From Clostridia bacterium (lineage in GTDB: Bacteria; Bacillota; Clostridia; Oscillospirales; Acutalibacteraceae), in contig JAFVBH010000001.1 in NCBI GenBank assembly GCA_017480115.1, positions 7,809 to 71,808 of the forward strand: a DNA stretch of 64,000 bases. The letters run 5' to 3'. Position 1 is the stretch's first letter; every line of letters starts with the position of its first letter. Positions 43,049-52,167 of this stretch are shown piece by piece. The notes under the pieces are model-generated. The model did not search any database. It saw only the letters and a program-made list of their open reading frames with translations, and was not told the origin of the DNA. A program made the translations under genes and the position numbers.

Positions 43049-44074
43049 TTATATCATTCCCTTAAATTCCTCCAGATTCTCCGGCGTCATCTGCCGCGCG
43101 CCGGTCTCCAGCTCATGGATCATTTTTGTCAGCAGGGCGTTGACGGGGGCTTTGATGCCGTTCTCCTCCGCTTTTCGCGCCAGCCAGCCGTTGAAAATAT
43201 CCACTTCCGTCTTTTCGCCGTGCAGCAGGGATTGCAGCGTTGAGGGCTTAACGACGGCGTATTTGCCCTTTCCCACCAGTTTGACGACCCGCTTGCAGAC
43301 GCCGTTATACCACGACGCGTTGGAAAGCCGCAGCAGGCGGTAATCCAGCAGCAGCCCATATTTGGGCACTTTGATTTTCATGACGTCCGCCACGTCCATG
43401 CCCTCGCGGGCGATGGCAAGAAACAGATCCTGCGCCCGTTTATCGTCCAAAATTTCACCGAGCGTTTTTCCGGTGATCGCCGCCGTCGCGTTGATGCAGC
43501 AATTGATGATAAGCTTGGAAAACTGCCGACGGACGATCTCGTCCGATATTTTTGTTTTGACAACGCAGCTGTACATGGTGCAAAGATCGTCGAGAATGCC
43601 CGGGTGAGCGCCGTTCGGCATACCGATGTACATCTCGCCGCCGCTGGTCATCTCGATCTCGGTATCGCTGTGCTTGGTGGCGCCGAAGCCGATCATACAG
43701 CCCACAGCCCGCTCCTCGCCGACGATCTGCGCCAGCTCGTCGGTGCAGATACCGTTCTGCATGCCGACCACAAGGGAGCATTGATGGATCAGTGGCAGAA
43801 TACTTTCCGCGACCGCCTGCAAATGCATATATTTTACGGCGATAATTACAATATCATAGGTTTTGTCCAGCATTTCCACGCTGCTGTAGACGTTCGGGAA
43901 TGCGCGCACATCGCCCCGCGCGCCCGTAAGACGCAATCCCTGCTTGGCGATTTTTTCCGCAGCGCCGGGCGCAATCTCAAGCACGTCGGCGGGATAACCG
44001 CCATGGTTCATCAATACCGCCAGCGTACCGCCGATGGCGCCCGCGCCGACGATCAGAGTTTTTGTCTCTTTCAT
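43049..44074 (-). CDS. ketopantoate-reductase (PanE/ApbA) family 2-oxoacid reductase
   Basis: KTLIVGAGAIGGTLAVLM Rossmann start. Length and C-terminal helical domain are typical of the family. Confidence 0.8.
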   Translation of the reverse strand: MKETKTLIVGAGAIGGTLAVLMNHGGYPADVLEIAPGAAEKIAKQGLRLTGARGDVRAFPNVYSSVEMLDKTYDIVIIAVKYMHLQAVAESILPLIHQCSLVVGMQNGICTDELAQIVGEERAVGCMIGFGATKHSDTEIEMTSGGEMYIGMPNGAHPGILDDLCTMYSCVVKTKISDEIVRRQFSKLIINCCINATAAITGKTLGEILDDKRAQDLFLAIAREGMDVADVMKIKVPKYGLLLDYRLLRLSNASWYNGVCKRVVKLVGKGKYAVVKPSTLQSLLHGEKTEVDIFNGWLARKAEENGIKAPVNALLTKMIHELETGARQMTPENLEEFKGMI

Positions 44075-44112
44075 AATAACACCACTTTTACGGAATTTAA
44101 ATCAATGAAAAA

Positions 44113-44445
44113 TTATTCCGCAATTCTGTGCCCGTCCGTGATCTTGATTTTGCCGACAACCGGCGCTTTGATCTCGCCCACAAAGGAATCCTCTTCAAAG
44201 GTAAACGCGCCGGTCAGCTTTCTGCCGGGCAATACGGAGATCGTGCCCTCGCCGGAAAGCGTCTTTCCGTCGCCCTCCTCTTTAAGATTCATAAAGCTGA
44301 TCTTGGCGGTTTTCAGCGCGCCGGGAAGATCGACCTTGATCTTATACTCGCCGTTTTCGTCCTCGGCGATATTGAATTTTACCTCGCCTCTTGCAATTCT
44401 CAAGCTGATTTTGCCCGCCCAGGAGCCAATACCGATTTTTGCCAT
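44113..44445 (-). CDS. hypothetical 110-aa protein in the Kor/PanE operon
   Basis: Clean ORF between korC-like and panE-like genes. No motif recognised. Confidence 0.6.
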   Translation of the reverse strand: MAKIGIGSWAGKISLRIARGEVKFNIAEDENGEYKIKVDLPGALKTAKISFMNLKEEGDGKTLSGEGTISVLPGRKLTGAFTFEEDSFVGEIKAPVVGKIKITDGHRIAE

Positions 44446-44466
44446 AATAAGTTACCTCCAAAAAAT

Positions 44467-45021
44467 TTATACTTTTAGTTTGTGTTGCGCGCCGATCGCT
44501 ATGCCGCGGTCAAGCGCTTTTATATTCATTTCCAATATTTCGGGTTTCTTTTCCTTAAACTTATCCTCAAGCGAAAGCGCCAGCGTTTCTTTCGCCACAA
44601 TCTCCGTCGCGCCGATCAAAATACCGAGAAGCACGGTATTCGCGATCCTCGGGCTGCCCAACTCCAGCGCAATATCGTCGACCGGGGCGGCGATCACGGT
44701 GACGTCGTCACGCGTCTCCGGCGCCGGGATACGGCTGGAATTGATCAGCAGCACGCCGCCGGGCTTCACGTCCTCGCCGAATTTTCTGTACGCCTGCTCG
44801 TTCATCACGATCAGATTATCGCATCGGGTGGGCAGCGGGGAAACGATGGGCGCATCGTTGATCACAACGGTACACTTTGCGCTGCCGCCGCGCTGCTCGG
44901 GTCCGTACTCCGGCAGATATGTGGCGTGCTTGCCCATGTCGATGGCGGTATGCGCCAGCGTGATGCCCGCGCTCATGATCCCCTGCCCGCCGGAACCGGA
45001 AAATACAAAGGACTGCTTCAT
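44467..45021 (-). CDS. 2-oxoacid:ferredoxin oxidoreductase gamma subunit
   Basis: FSGSGGQGIMSAGITLA...YLPEYGPEQRGGSAKCTVVI. Confidence 0.9.
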   Translation of the reverse strand: MKQSFVFSGSGGQGIMSAGITLAHTAIDMGKHATYLPEYGPEQRGGSAKCTVVINDAPIVSPLPTRCDNLIVMNEQAYRKFGEDVKPGGVLLINSSRIPAPETRDDVTVIAAPVDDIALELGSPRIANTVLLGILIGATEIVAKETLALSLEDKFKEKKPEILEMNIKALDRGIAIGAQHKLKV

Positions 45022-45761
45022 GCCTGCGCCTCCTTATCCTTATACACGCCCGGTTTAAAATACGGGATCGTATTGGTGTTCATATACTCCAGCGTCTGCA
45101 AGGGGGTCATCTTCCAGTTGGTCGGGCAGTTGGTCAGCAGCTCGATAAAGGTAAAGCCCTTGCCCTCCATTTGCAGACGGAACGCCTTTTTCAGCCCCTT
45201 TCGCGCGTCGTTGACGCCCTTGGGGGAATTGAGGGCAAAGCGCGCCACGTAAACGGGAGCTTCCAGCGTGGAGATCAGCTCGCACATCTTCATGGGATAC
45301 CCCGTGGTTTGGGGATCCCTGCCGTACACGGTCGTGGTGGTCTTTTGCCCGATCAGGGTGGTAGGCGCCATTTGCCCGCCGGTCATACCGTAGGTCTGAT
45401 TGTTGGCGAATACAACGGTAAAATTCTCCCCGCGGTTGGCGGCGGACATGATCTCCGCCAGACCGATGGCGGCAAGATCGCCGTCGCCCTGATAGGCGAA
45501 TACCAGACGCTCGGGATTGGTGCGCTTGATGCCGGTCGCCGCCGCAGGCGCTCTGCCGTGAGCGACGCTCAGGAAATCGCCGCTCCAGTACAGGATATTC
45601 AGCGCCGAACAGCCGACTGAAATGACATTCAAGGCATTATCCGCCTGTCCCAGCTCCTCAATGGCTTCGGCAACCAGCTTGGTCGCCAGAGAATGCAGAC
45701 ACCCGGGACAGTAGCCGCTGGGCGCGTCCGCAATCAGTTCGGGTCTTTTATAAACAGCCAT
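45018..45761 (-). CDS. 2-oxoacid:ferredoxin oxidoreductase beta (TPP-binding) subunit
   Basis: YCPGCLHS...YQGDGDLAAIG...GMTGGQ. Confidence 0.9.
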   Translation of the reverse strand: MAVYKRPELIADAPSGYCPGCLHSLATKLVAEAIEELGQADNALNVISVGCSALNILYWSGDFLSVAHGRAPAAATGIKRTNPERLVFAYQGDGDLAAIGLAEIMSAANRGENFTVVFANNQTYGMTGGQMAPTTLIGQKTTTTVYGRDPQTTGYPMKMCELISTLEAPVYVARFALNSPKGVNDARKGLKKAFRLQMEGKGFTFIELLTNCPTNWKMTPLQTLEYMNTNTIPYFKPGVYKDKEAQA

Positions 45762-46834
45762 TACCGGTCACCTCCCGTTATGATCTCATAAATCGCGTCG
45801 TAAACGCCGTCGTCGTCTAAAAGGCAACCGCCGGAGCGCCCGTATTCATACACGGGGCATCTGCCCATGACCTGCAGCTCGATATCCTCCCGCATCTGGG
45901 CGGGAATCGTCATTTCAATATCAATGATGCCCTTTACACGGTCATAATCAAGATTTCTGATGCTCTTTTTCGGAAAAGGATACAGCGTGATCGGGCGGAT
46001 CAAGCCGACCTTAAACCCCTTTTCCCGCAGATTCAGCACCGCCTCTTTGGAAACTCTGGACGCGATTCCGTAGGCAACAATAATGTATTCGGCGTCCTCC
46101 ACCATAAATTCCTCGACCTTGACGTCGTCTTCTTCCCACGCCTTGTACATCTCGCCTGCCATGGCGTTAATGCCCTCCAGTATCGGCTCGGTATAGATGG
46201 GCGTGATGTTGCCCTGATAATCCCTGCCGTTACGGCGGGAAAGGCTCCATTCCGGCGCATCCTCGGGTTTAATCTCCCGCATGGGCGGCAGATCCACCGC
46301 CTCCATGATATTGCCCAGGCACCCGTCCATCAGCACCAATACGGGATTTCTGTCCCGCTCGGCATAGTCCCACGCCGCATACATAATGTCCGCCGCCTCC
46401 TGCGCAGAGTTGGGGGCAAACACCATAGCATGAAAACCGCCGTGCCCGAGAGCTTTCGTCGCCTGCAAGTAATCTGACTGCGCAGGCTGGATCGAGCCAA
46501 GTCCCGGTCCGCCGCGGCTGATATTCACGATGACAGCCGGCAGCATGGCGGCGGCAAGGTAGGAGATGCCCTCCGCTTTCAGACTGATGCCGGGACCGGA
46601 GGAACTGGTCATGGAACGAGTTCCCATTGCCGCCGCGCCGTAGACCATATTGACAGAGGCGACCTCGCTTTCTCCCTGCACGTAAGCGCCGCCCACCTCG
46701 GGCAGCCGCCGGGAAAGATATTCGGGGATCTCATTCTGCGGGGTGATGGGATACCCCGCGAAGAAACGGCAGCCCGCGCGGACAGCCGCTTCGGCAATGG
46801 CTTCATTGCCTTTCATAAATCTTTTTTCACCCAT
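45761..46834 (-). CDS. 2-oxoacid:ferredoxin oxidoreductase alpha subunit
   Basis: MKGNEAIAEAAVRAGCRFFAGYPITPQNEI...SSSGPGISL. Confidence 0.9.
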   Translation of the reverse strand: MGEKRFMKGNEAIAEAAVRAGCRFFAGYPITPQNEIPEYLSRRLPEVGGAYVQGESEVASVNMVYGAAAMGTRSMTSSSGPGISLKAEGISYLAAAMLPAVIVNISRGGPGLGSIQPAQSDYLQATKALGHGGFHAMVFAPNSAQEAADIMYAAWDYAERDRNPVLVLMDGCLGNIMEAVDLPPMREIKPEDAPEWSLSRRNGRDYQGNITPIYTEPILEGINAMAGEMYKAWEEDDVKVEEFMVEDAEYIIVAYGIASRVSKEAVLNLREKGFKVGLIRPITLYPFPKKSIRNLDYDRVKGIIDIEMTIPAQMREDIELQVMGRCPVYEYGRSGGCLLDDDGVYDAIYEIITGGDR

Positions 46835-46836
46835 GG

Positions 46837-47046
46837 TCAGGCGTCTCCTTTCTCCGGCAGTTCAATTGCGCCCTCCGGACACATGGACGCGCAGATCGCG
46901 CAGGAAATGCATGCCCCCGCGTCCGTCAGATGGGGGTAAAAATGCCCGTGCCGGTTACGCTGTGTGCCGATCTCCAGAATTTGCTTCGGACAAAACTTCA
47001 CACAGTATCCGCAGTTTTTGCATAAATAAGCATGAATCTCAACCAC
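46837..47046 (-). CDS. 2x[4Fe-4S] ferredoxin-type delta subunit
   Basis: CKNCGYCVKFCP and CISCAICASMCP. Confidence 0.85.
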   Translation of the reverse strand: MVEIHAYLCKNCGYCVKFCPKQILEIGTQRNRHGHFYPHLTDAGACISCAICASMCPEGAIELPEKGDA

Positions 47047-47067
47047 GAATCTTCACTCCTTCATAAA

Positions 47068-48108
47068 TTAAATGACGTACCCGCCGATCTCCTTTCGGCT
47101 CTCGATACATAGCTTATTAAAAATATTGCGCAGATGCGCCCGCACGCTGTTGACCGTGATGCCGAGAAAATCCGCGATCTCTTTGTTGGTCATTTCCTTT
47201 GCGGCAAGGGAGGCGACGTTGTACTCGATGGCGGTCAGGCTGTCGGCGATCCGGTCGCCGGTCAGGGCATTATGGACGAAAACCCACCGTTTGTGATATT
47301 TGTTCGCCAGCTCCAGAATCTTTTTATACGCCTGCGGCTCCTCATAGCGCAAACATTTTTCCAGCATGCCGGAAAGCATGCCCCGATGCTCGGCAAAGGG
47401 CATGATCAAACCGTCCGGTTTCGCCAGTTCCCATGCGTGGCGAAAATAATACTCCGCCTTGTCCCAAATACATCTGACCGTATAACCGATGGAGACCATC
47501 AGACAAAGATAAATTTCAGCAACGGGACACGGCTTCTCCATAAAGATCAACGCGCCCTCCGCCATACCGACCGCTCTGCCGATGTCGCCGGTTTCTATTA
47601 AATAATGCGCGTATGCGTAAAACGCCATGGGTTTCAGCGACTGCGGCACAGAGAACGCGTTGACGCCCACTGCGGGGAAATGAATATCCGGCACATTGTT
47701 AATCAAAATATTAAAGTACAGCAGAAAAAAATCGCTCATCTTCCGCATCGGTTCATCAGCGGACAATGCGGCGCTGAGCGCTTTCGCACTGTCGTAGCTG
47801 TCCAGAATATCATGAATATCGCCGCCGGACAGCGCGCAGATCGAACGGCAGAGAATCGACGCCATCACTGTGGCGCTGTCCTCGCTTGCCGTCAGGCGGA
47901 CAAATTCCTTTGACGCCCGCTGCACGTCGCCGCGGTAATACATCAGTTCCGCAAGCCCGAGGGAGCATCTGTCCGCGCCCGTCTGCGCGGCACAGTAGCG
48001 ATCCGCCTGACCGGGGGCAAACCGTCCGGTCGTCAGCACAAAGGGATCATAAGCCAGAGCCAGCGTCCCCGTATGCTCGTCGTGCAAGCTCGTTTGCACA
48101 GCAACCAC
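47068..48108 (-). CDS. LuxR-family regulator (helical repeat N-domain plus C-terminal HTH)
   Basis: LTAIEYNVASLAAKEMTNKEIADFLGITVNSVRAHLRNIFNKL. Confidence 0.8.
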   Translation of the reverse strand: MVAVQTSLHDEHTGTLALAYDPFVLTTGRFAPGQADRYCAAQTGADRCSLGLAELMYYRGDVQRASKEFVRLTASEDSATVMASILCRSICALSGGDIHDILDSYDSAKALSAALSADEPMRKMSDFFLLYFNILINNVPDIHFPAVGVNAFSVPQSLKPMAFYAYAHYLIETGDIGRAVGMAEGALIFMEKPCPVAEIYLCLMVSIGYTVRCIWDKAEYYFRHAWELAKPDGLIMPFAEHRGMLSGMLEKCLRYEEPQAYKKILELANKYHKRWVFVHNALTGDRIADSLTAIEYNVASLAAKEMTNKEIADFLGITVNSVRAHLRNIFNKLCIESRKEIGGYVI

Positions 48109-48201
48109 CTCTGCAAGATTTTAAATCTTATAAAAGCTGCTTCTGAATTTTGTCTATTATAACACAATTCACATATGCTATCAATCGTCCAAAATCGGCA
48201 A

Positions 48202-48231
48202 TTTATGGACTATGTACAAATAGTCCATAAA
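48202..48231. promoter_or_regulatory. 12-bp perfect inverted repeat in the LuxR/ANL-ligase divergent intergenic region
   Basis: TTTATGGACTAT-gtacaa-ATAGTCCATAAA. Confidence 0.5.
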
Positions 48232-48356
48232 AAACAAATACAGGACGATGAAAACGCACAAAACAGCTGTTACAATTAATATAAAGTTATCGTATTTTTG
48301 TGAATATTTTATGAACTACAAAATACAAGACTATCAATTTTTTATGAGGTGTTTTT

Positions 48357-50051
48357 ATGGTCGAGCCGCGAGATATGAGCTGCTACGAATATTACAAAGC
48401 GTGCACGGAGGAATACGGAGAATACTACTGCCAGCAGCATTTCGGCAAGTGGTTTTCCAACACACGAATCATCAGCGATATGGACAGCCTTGCCGCCTAT
48501 ATGCGCATCGAGCTGGGCTTGCAGCCGGGCGACGTATATTCGGTCTTTATGCCTACGACGGTACAGAGCATTGTTGCGTTCTACGCGCTGAACAAGATCG
48601 GCGTGATCATCAACTTTATCCACCCGCTGCTGCCGCCTGACGTGGTAAAGGAAACTGTGACACAGCTGCATTCCAAGGGCGTTATGATCCTTGACCTGCT
48701 GGCGAAGAAATATACAGATATGCTCAACGAGCTGAACCTGCCGATACTGGTTTGCCACAGCTCCGATTACGCCGGTGCGCTGAAAGGCACGGGCACCGCT
48801 GTCGGCGAAGCGCTCATAAAAAAAATATATCCCCGCATCAATAACCGTGAAGAATACTTAAAAGCGATTCAACGTTTCCGAAAGGCAAAAGTCAAGGATT
48901 ACTGCGATTGCGACAAGACGGCGGTCTATTTAAACGGCGGCGGCACCACCGGTAAAAGCAAGACCATCAAACTGACCAGCCGGGCGATCAACGAGATCGT
49001 TTACCGTATGTCAAAACTGGATCGTATCCACCGTCCGGGCGAAGAGGCGGAGATTATCGTGCTGCCGCTGTTCCACTGCTTCGGACTGTCCGTCGCCATG
49101 CATATGGCCATGTGCAACGGCGCGCGGCTGATCCCCATGATGAATTTTGACGCGAAGCTGTTTAACCGCCTGATGCGAAAAAACTGCGTCGTCGGCATTC
49201 TCGGCATTCCCGTAATGTTCAAGAAGCTGATGGAGGACAAGCGGTTCGACAATAAATGCCTGAAAAATATCCGCCTCTCATTTTGCGGCGGCGACGACGC
49301 GCCGCAGGTATGGCTGGACGAGTTCAACAGCCATCTGGAGAAATGGGGCGCGGTGGGCAAGCTGCGGCAGGGCTACGGACTCACGGAAGTCGGCTCCGTC
49401 TGCTGCACCTGCTCCAACGATGTATTCAAGCCCAATTCCATCGGCGTTCCCATTGAGGGCGTACGCATGGACGTTTGGGACGACAACTGTAACCCCCTGC
49501 CGGTGGGCGAGATCGGAGAACTGGTCATCGCCGGGCCCACTGTCATGTCCGGCTATTATACCGAGGACGGCAGCGACGGCGCGGGTCTTTACACCGACGC
49601 GGACGGCGTAAAATGGGTACGCAGCGGCGATCTGGGCTATCGAGACAAAGACGGCTTCTACTTCTTTGCAGGCAGGAAAAAGCGCGTTATTATTATCTCC
49701 GGCTACAATGTCTATCCAAGCGACATCGAAAAACGGCTGACGGAACTGGACTTTGTACACGAGGTCTGCTGCGTCAAGGGCTTTGACAAAGAAACAAAAA
49801 AGCCCATCATTCGTATGTTCGTATCCTATGCAAACAAAGACGGCGACCGCGCGGCATATGAAAAAACCATGCGAACCGAGATCGAACGGCACTTCTCCAA
49901 GTTCTCTCTGCCGCGGGAGATCATCGAGCTGGACAAGCTGCCGGAAACCCCGCTGATGAAGGTGGATTTCATGAAACTGACCCAGCATACGCCGGAGGAT
50001 TCGGTCTACACCCCGCCGGTAGGAGAAAAAAACAGCATACTTCCGATCTGA
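48357..50051 (+). CDS. ANL-superfamily adenylate-forming enzyme (acyl-CoA-ligase-like), paralog 1
   Basis: YLNGGGTTGKSKTIKLT, RQGYGLTEVGSV, SGDLGYRDKDGFYFFAGRKKRVIIISGYNVYP. Confidence 0.9.
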   Translation: MVEPRDMSCYEYYKACTEEYGEYYCQQHFGKWFSNTRIISDMDSLAAYMRIELGLQPGDVYSVFMPTTVQSIVAFYALNKIGVIINFIHPLLPPDVVKETVTQLHSKGVMILDLLAKKYTDMLNELNLPILVCHSSDYAGALKGTGTAVGEALIKKIYPRINNREEYLKAIQRFRKAKVKDYCDCDKTAVYLNGGGTTGKSKTIKLTSRAINEIVYRMSKLDRIHRPGEEAEIIVLPLFHCFGLSVAMHMAMCNGARLIPMMNFDAKLFNRLMRKNCVVGILGIPVMFKKLMEDKRFDNKCLKNIRLSFCGGDDAPQVWLDEFNSHLEKWGAVGKLRQGYGLTEVGSVCCTCSNDVFKPNSIGVPIEGVRMDVWDDNCNPLPVGEIGELVIAGPTVMSGYYTEDGSDGAGLYTDADGVKWVRSGDLGYRDKDGFYFFAGRKKRVIIISGYNVYPSDIEKRLTELDFVHEVCCVKGFDKETKKPIIRMFVSYANKDGDRAAYEKTMRTEIERHFSKFSLPREIIELDKLPETPLMKVDFMKLTQHTPEDSVYTPPVGEKNSILPI

Positions 50052-50056
50052 CAGGA

Positions 50057-50076
50057 AAGCCGCTTTCGAGCGGCTT
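50057..50076 (+). terminator. hairpin after ANL paralog 1
   Basis: AAGCCGCT-ttcg-AGCGGCTT followed by AAAATTTT (weak T-run). Confidence 0.45.
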
Positions 50077-50082
50077 AAAATT

Positions 50083-50184
50083 TTAGCGCCCGCCGAACCA
50101 GCCCTTCGGGCAGCGGCGATGGCATAACCGAAAGCTTGTAGCTTCGCCGCCGAAGGCGTGCGGCGAAGCCGCTTTCTTAAAGGG
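50083..50184 (+). repeat. interspersed roughly 100-bp repeat, family 1 (second copy)
   Basis: About 90% identical to the reverse complement of 26338-26440. Confidence 0.85.
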
Positions 50185-50315
50185 GGAAGTGAAGTTTGGA
50201 AGATGGGATTTCGGAACGCCTGCGCATTGGATTTACAAGCATAGCTTCTCATGCAGAATTTTCAGAATCCAAGCCGTCGGCGGCTTCCGAAATCATTCAT
50301 CATTCATTATTCATC
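50185..50315. repeat. compact palindromic element related to the arms of the 42539-43047 element
   Basis: GGAACGCCTGCGCATTGGATTT and AATCCAAGCCGTCGGCGGCTTCCGAAATCATTCATCATTCATTATTCAT resemble GGAACCGCTTCGCAGTTGGATTT (42620-42642) and its inverted partner near 42958-43012. Confidence 0.65.
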
Positions 50316-50346
50316 AAGCGCTTCCTCCCATACAACCTTGCGCCCT

Positions 50347-51996
50347 TTATTTTACGACCGGATCGCCGGGTCTTTGCTGCGTAAGCTTCATAAAATCCAC
50401 CTTCATCAGCGGCGTCTGGGGCAGCTCCTTCATAAAGACGATCTCTCTGGGGATATAGAACTTGGAGAAATTGTCCGCACAGGTCTTGCGGATCGTTTCT
50501 TTATATTTTTCCTCGTCGCCGGGCTTTCTTAACGACGCGTACAGGCGCACGATGCTTCTGTCGCCCTGCCAGCCCTGTACGGCGCAAACGTCCTTGATAA
50601 AATCCAGATCGCCGATCTTTTTCTCAATATCGTTGGGATACACGTTGTATCCGGAAATGATAATGACGCGCTTTTTACGTCCCGCGAAGAAGAAATAACC
50701 GTCTTCGTCCTGATACCCGAGATCGCCGGACAGCACCCACTTTTCACCGCTCTCGTCGGTATACAGCCCGAGATCCGCGGGGCCGTCCTGCGTATAATAG
50801 CCCGCCATGATGGTGGGACCCGCAATCGCGATCTCGCCGATCTCCCCGGTGGGGACGCGCTTATGTTCGTCGTCCCAAATTTCCACCCGTACGCCGCGCA
50901 GCGGCTTGCCGATAGAGCCGGGCTTGCAGTCGGTATTGGTATTGGTGGTGCAGACCGAGCCGATCTCCGTCAGCCCGTACCCCTGCCGTAGTCTGCCGAC
51001 CGCGCCCCACTTTTCGTAATGCGCGTTAAACTCATCAAGGAAGCTGTCGCTGACGTCGTCGCCGCCGCAGAACATCAGGCGGACGTTTTTCAGCCACGGC
51101 CCGTCAAAATGTTTCTCTTTCATGAGCTTCGCGAACATCAGCGGAATACCGCCGTAACCGATCACAAGATTTTTTCTTGCCAAGCGGTTAAAAATACGCG
51201 CGTCAAACTGCATCATAGGAATGATCCGCGCGGAATTGCACAGCGCCATATGGATCGCCACGCACAGCCCGAAGCAATGGAACATCGGCAGCACGATGAT
51301 CTCCGCCTCGTTGCCGGGATCGTGAATCTCGTCCAGATCGGACACCCGCTGCACCAGCTCGTTGATCGCGCGTCCTGTCAGCTTAATGGTCTTGCTCTTG
51401 CCCGTCGTGCCGCCGCCGTTCAGATAAACGGCAATATCGTCGGCGTTGTTGACTGCCGGCGTACAGGTTCTGCCCATGGCAATCGCGTCGCTGTAATAAG
51501 TCGCGTTCTTAAATTTTGGAAACACACCTTTGATGATCTGCTCTCCCGCCTTGGCTCCGAACCGCTTTACCCCTGCGGAATAATCCGACGAGCGGCACAC
51601 CAGGCACGGCAGCCCGGAATCATTGATGGTTTTGACGTGATCTTTAGACAGCAGATCAAGAATCATCACGCCCTTGGAGCGAACGTCGGCAAGCGTCTCC
51701 CGCAGAAATTCCGAAGACATCAGCGGGTGTACGATATTCGCGATCACGCCGATCTGATTCAGCGCATAAAAACTGAGAATCCCCTGCACGGTCGTGGTCA
51801 TAAATACCGTATACACGTCGCCGCGCTTCAGCCCCAGCTCCTTCTGAAAATAGCCGGACAGCGCGTCAATGTCGCGAAACATTTCCGATTTGCGGTATTT
51901 CACCCCGAAATGCTGCATCATATAGACGTCGTCATAAATGCCGGTACAAAGCTTCAGATATTCGTAACAGTTGGTATTGCCGACTTCCGGTAACAT
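50347..51996 (-). CDS. ANL-superfamily adenylate-forming enzyme, paralog 2
   Basis: YLNGGGTTGKSKTIKLT, RQGYGLTEIGSV, FFFAGRKKRVIIISGYNVYP, LPQTPLMKVDFMKLTQ. Confidence 0.9.
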   Translation of the reverse strand: MLPEVGNTNCYEYLKLCTGIYDDVYMMQHFGVKYRKSEMFRDIDALSGYFQKELGLKRGDVYTVFMTTTVQGILSFYALNQIGVIANIVHPLMSSEFLRETLADVRSKGVMILDLLSKDHVKTINDSGLPCLVCRSSDYSAGVKRFGAKAGEQIIKGVFPKFKNATYYSDAIAMGRTCTPAVNNADDIAVYLNGGGTTGKSKTIKLTGRAINELVQRVSDLDEIHDPGNEAEIIVLPMFHCFGLCVAIHMALCNSARIIPMMQFDARIFNRLARKNLVIGYGGIPLMFAKLMKEKHFDGPWLKNVRLMFCGGDDVSDSFLDEFNAHYEKWGAVGRLRQGYGLTEIGSVCTTNTNTDCKPGSIGKPLRGVRVEIWDDEHKRVPTGEIGEIAIAGPTIMAGYYTQDGPADLGLYTDESGEKWVLSGDLGYQDEDGYFFFAGRKKRVIIISGYNVYPNDIEKKIGDLDFIKDVCAVQGWQGDRSIVRLYASLRKPGDEEKYKETIRKTCADNFSKFYIPREIVFMKELPQTPLMKVDFMKLTQQRPGDPVVK

Positions 51997-52053
51997 AACA
52001 ATTTCGCCCCTTGTTTATTTTTCATTCACATATCTGCAACAGGATAAAAAAGA

Positions 52054-52097
52054 CTTTTCCTTTTTTGATATGTTTACCATATATAAAAAAGGAAAAG
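52054..52097 (-). terminator. terminator after the two-component operon
   Basis: CTTTTCCTTTTTT-N18-AAAAAAGGAAAAG, with a T-run on the minus strand. Confidence 0.6.
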
Positions 52098-52167
52098 TGT
52101 TAATCTTATGTTAAAATCGATTCATTGTCCTATAAATTAAATATGAATAAAATATAAATACAGCTTG

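Noticed and set aside
43604-45058. 484-aa plus-strand ORF opposite the panE-like, 110-aa and korC-like genes
   Set aside because: Its product is low-complexity and Ser/Pro-rich, it spans three well-supported minus-strand genes, and it has no RBS or motif.
49278-51993. Two 324-aa ORFs (49278-50252 minus, 51019-51993 plus) antisense to the ANL-ligase genes
   Set aside because: They mirror the real genes, have no motifs and are Arg-rich. The equal length is a by-product of the paralogy of the sense genes.
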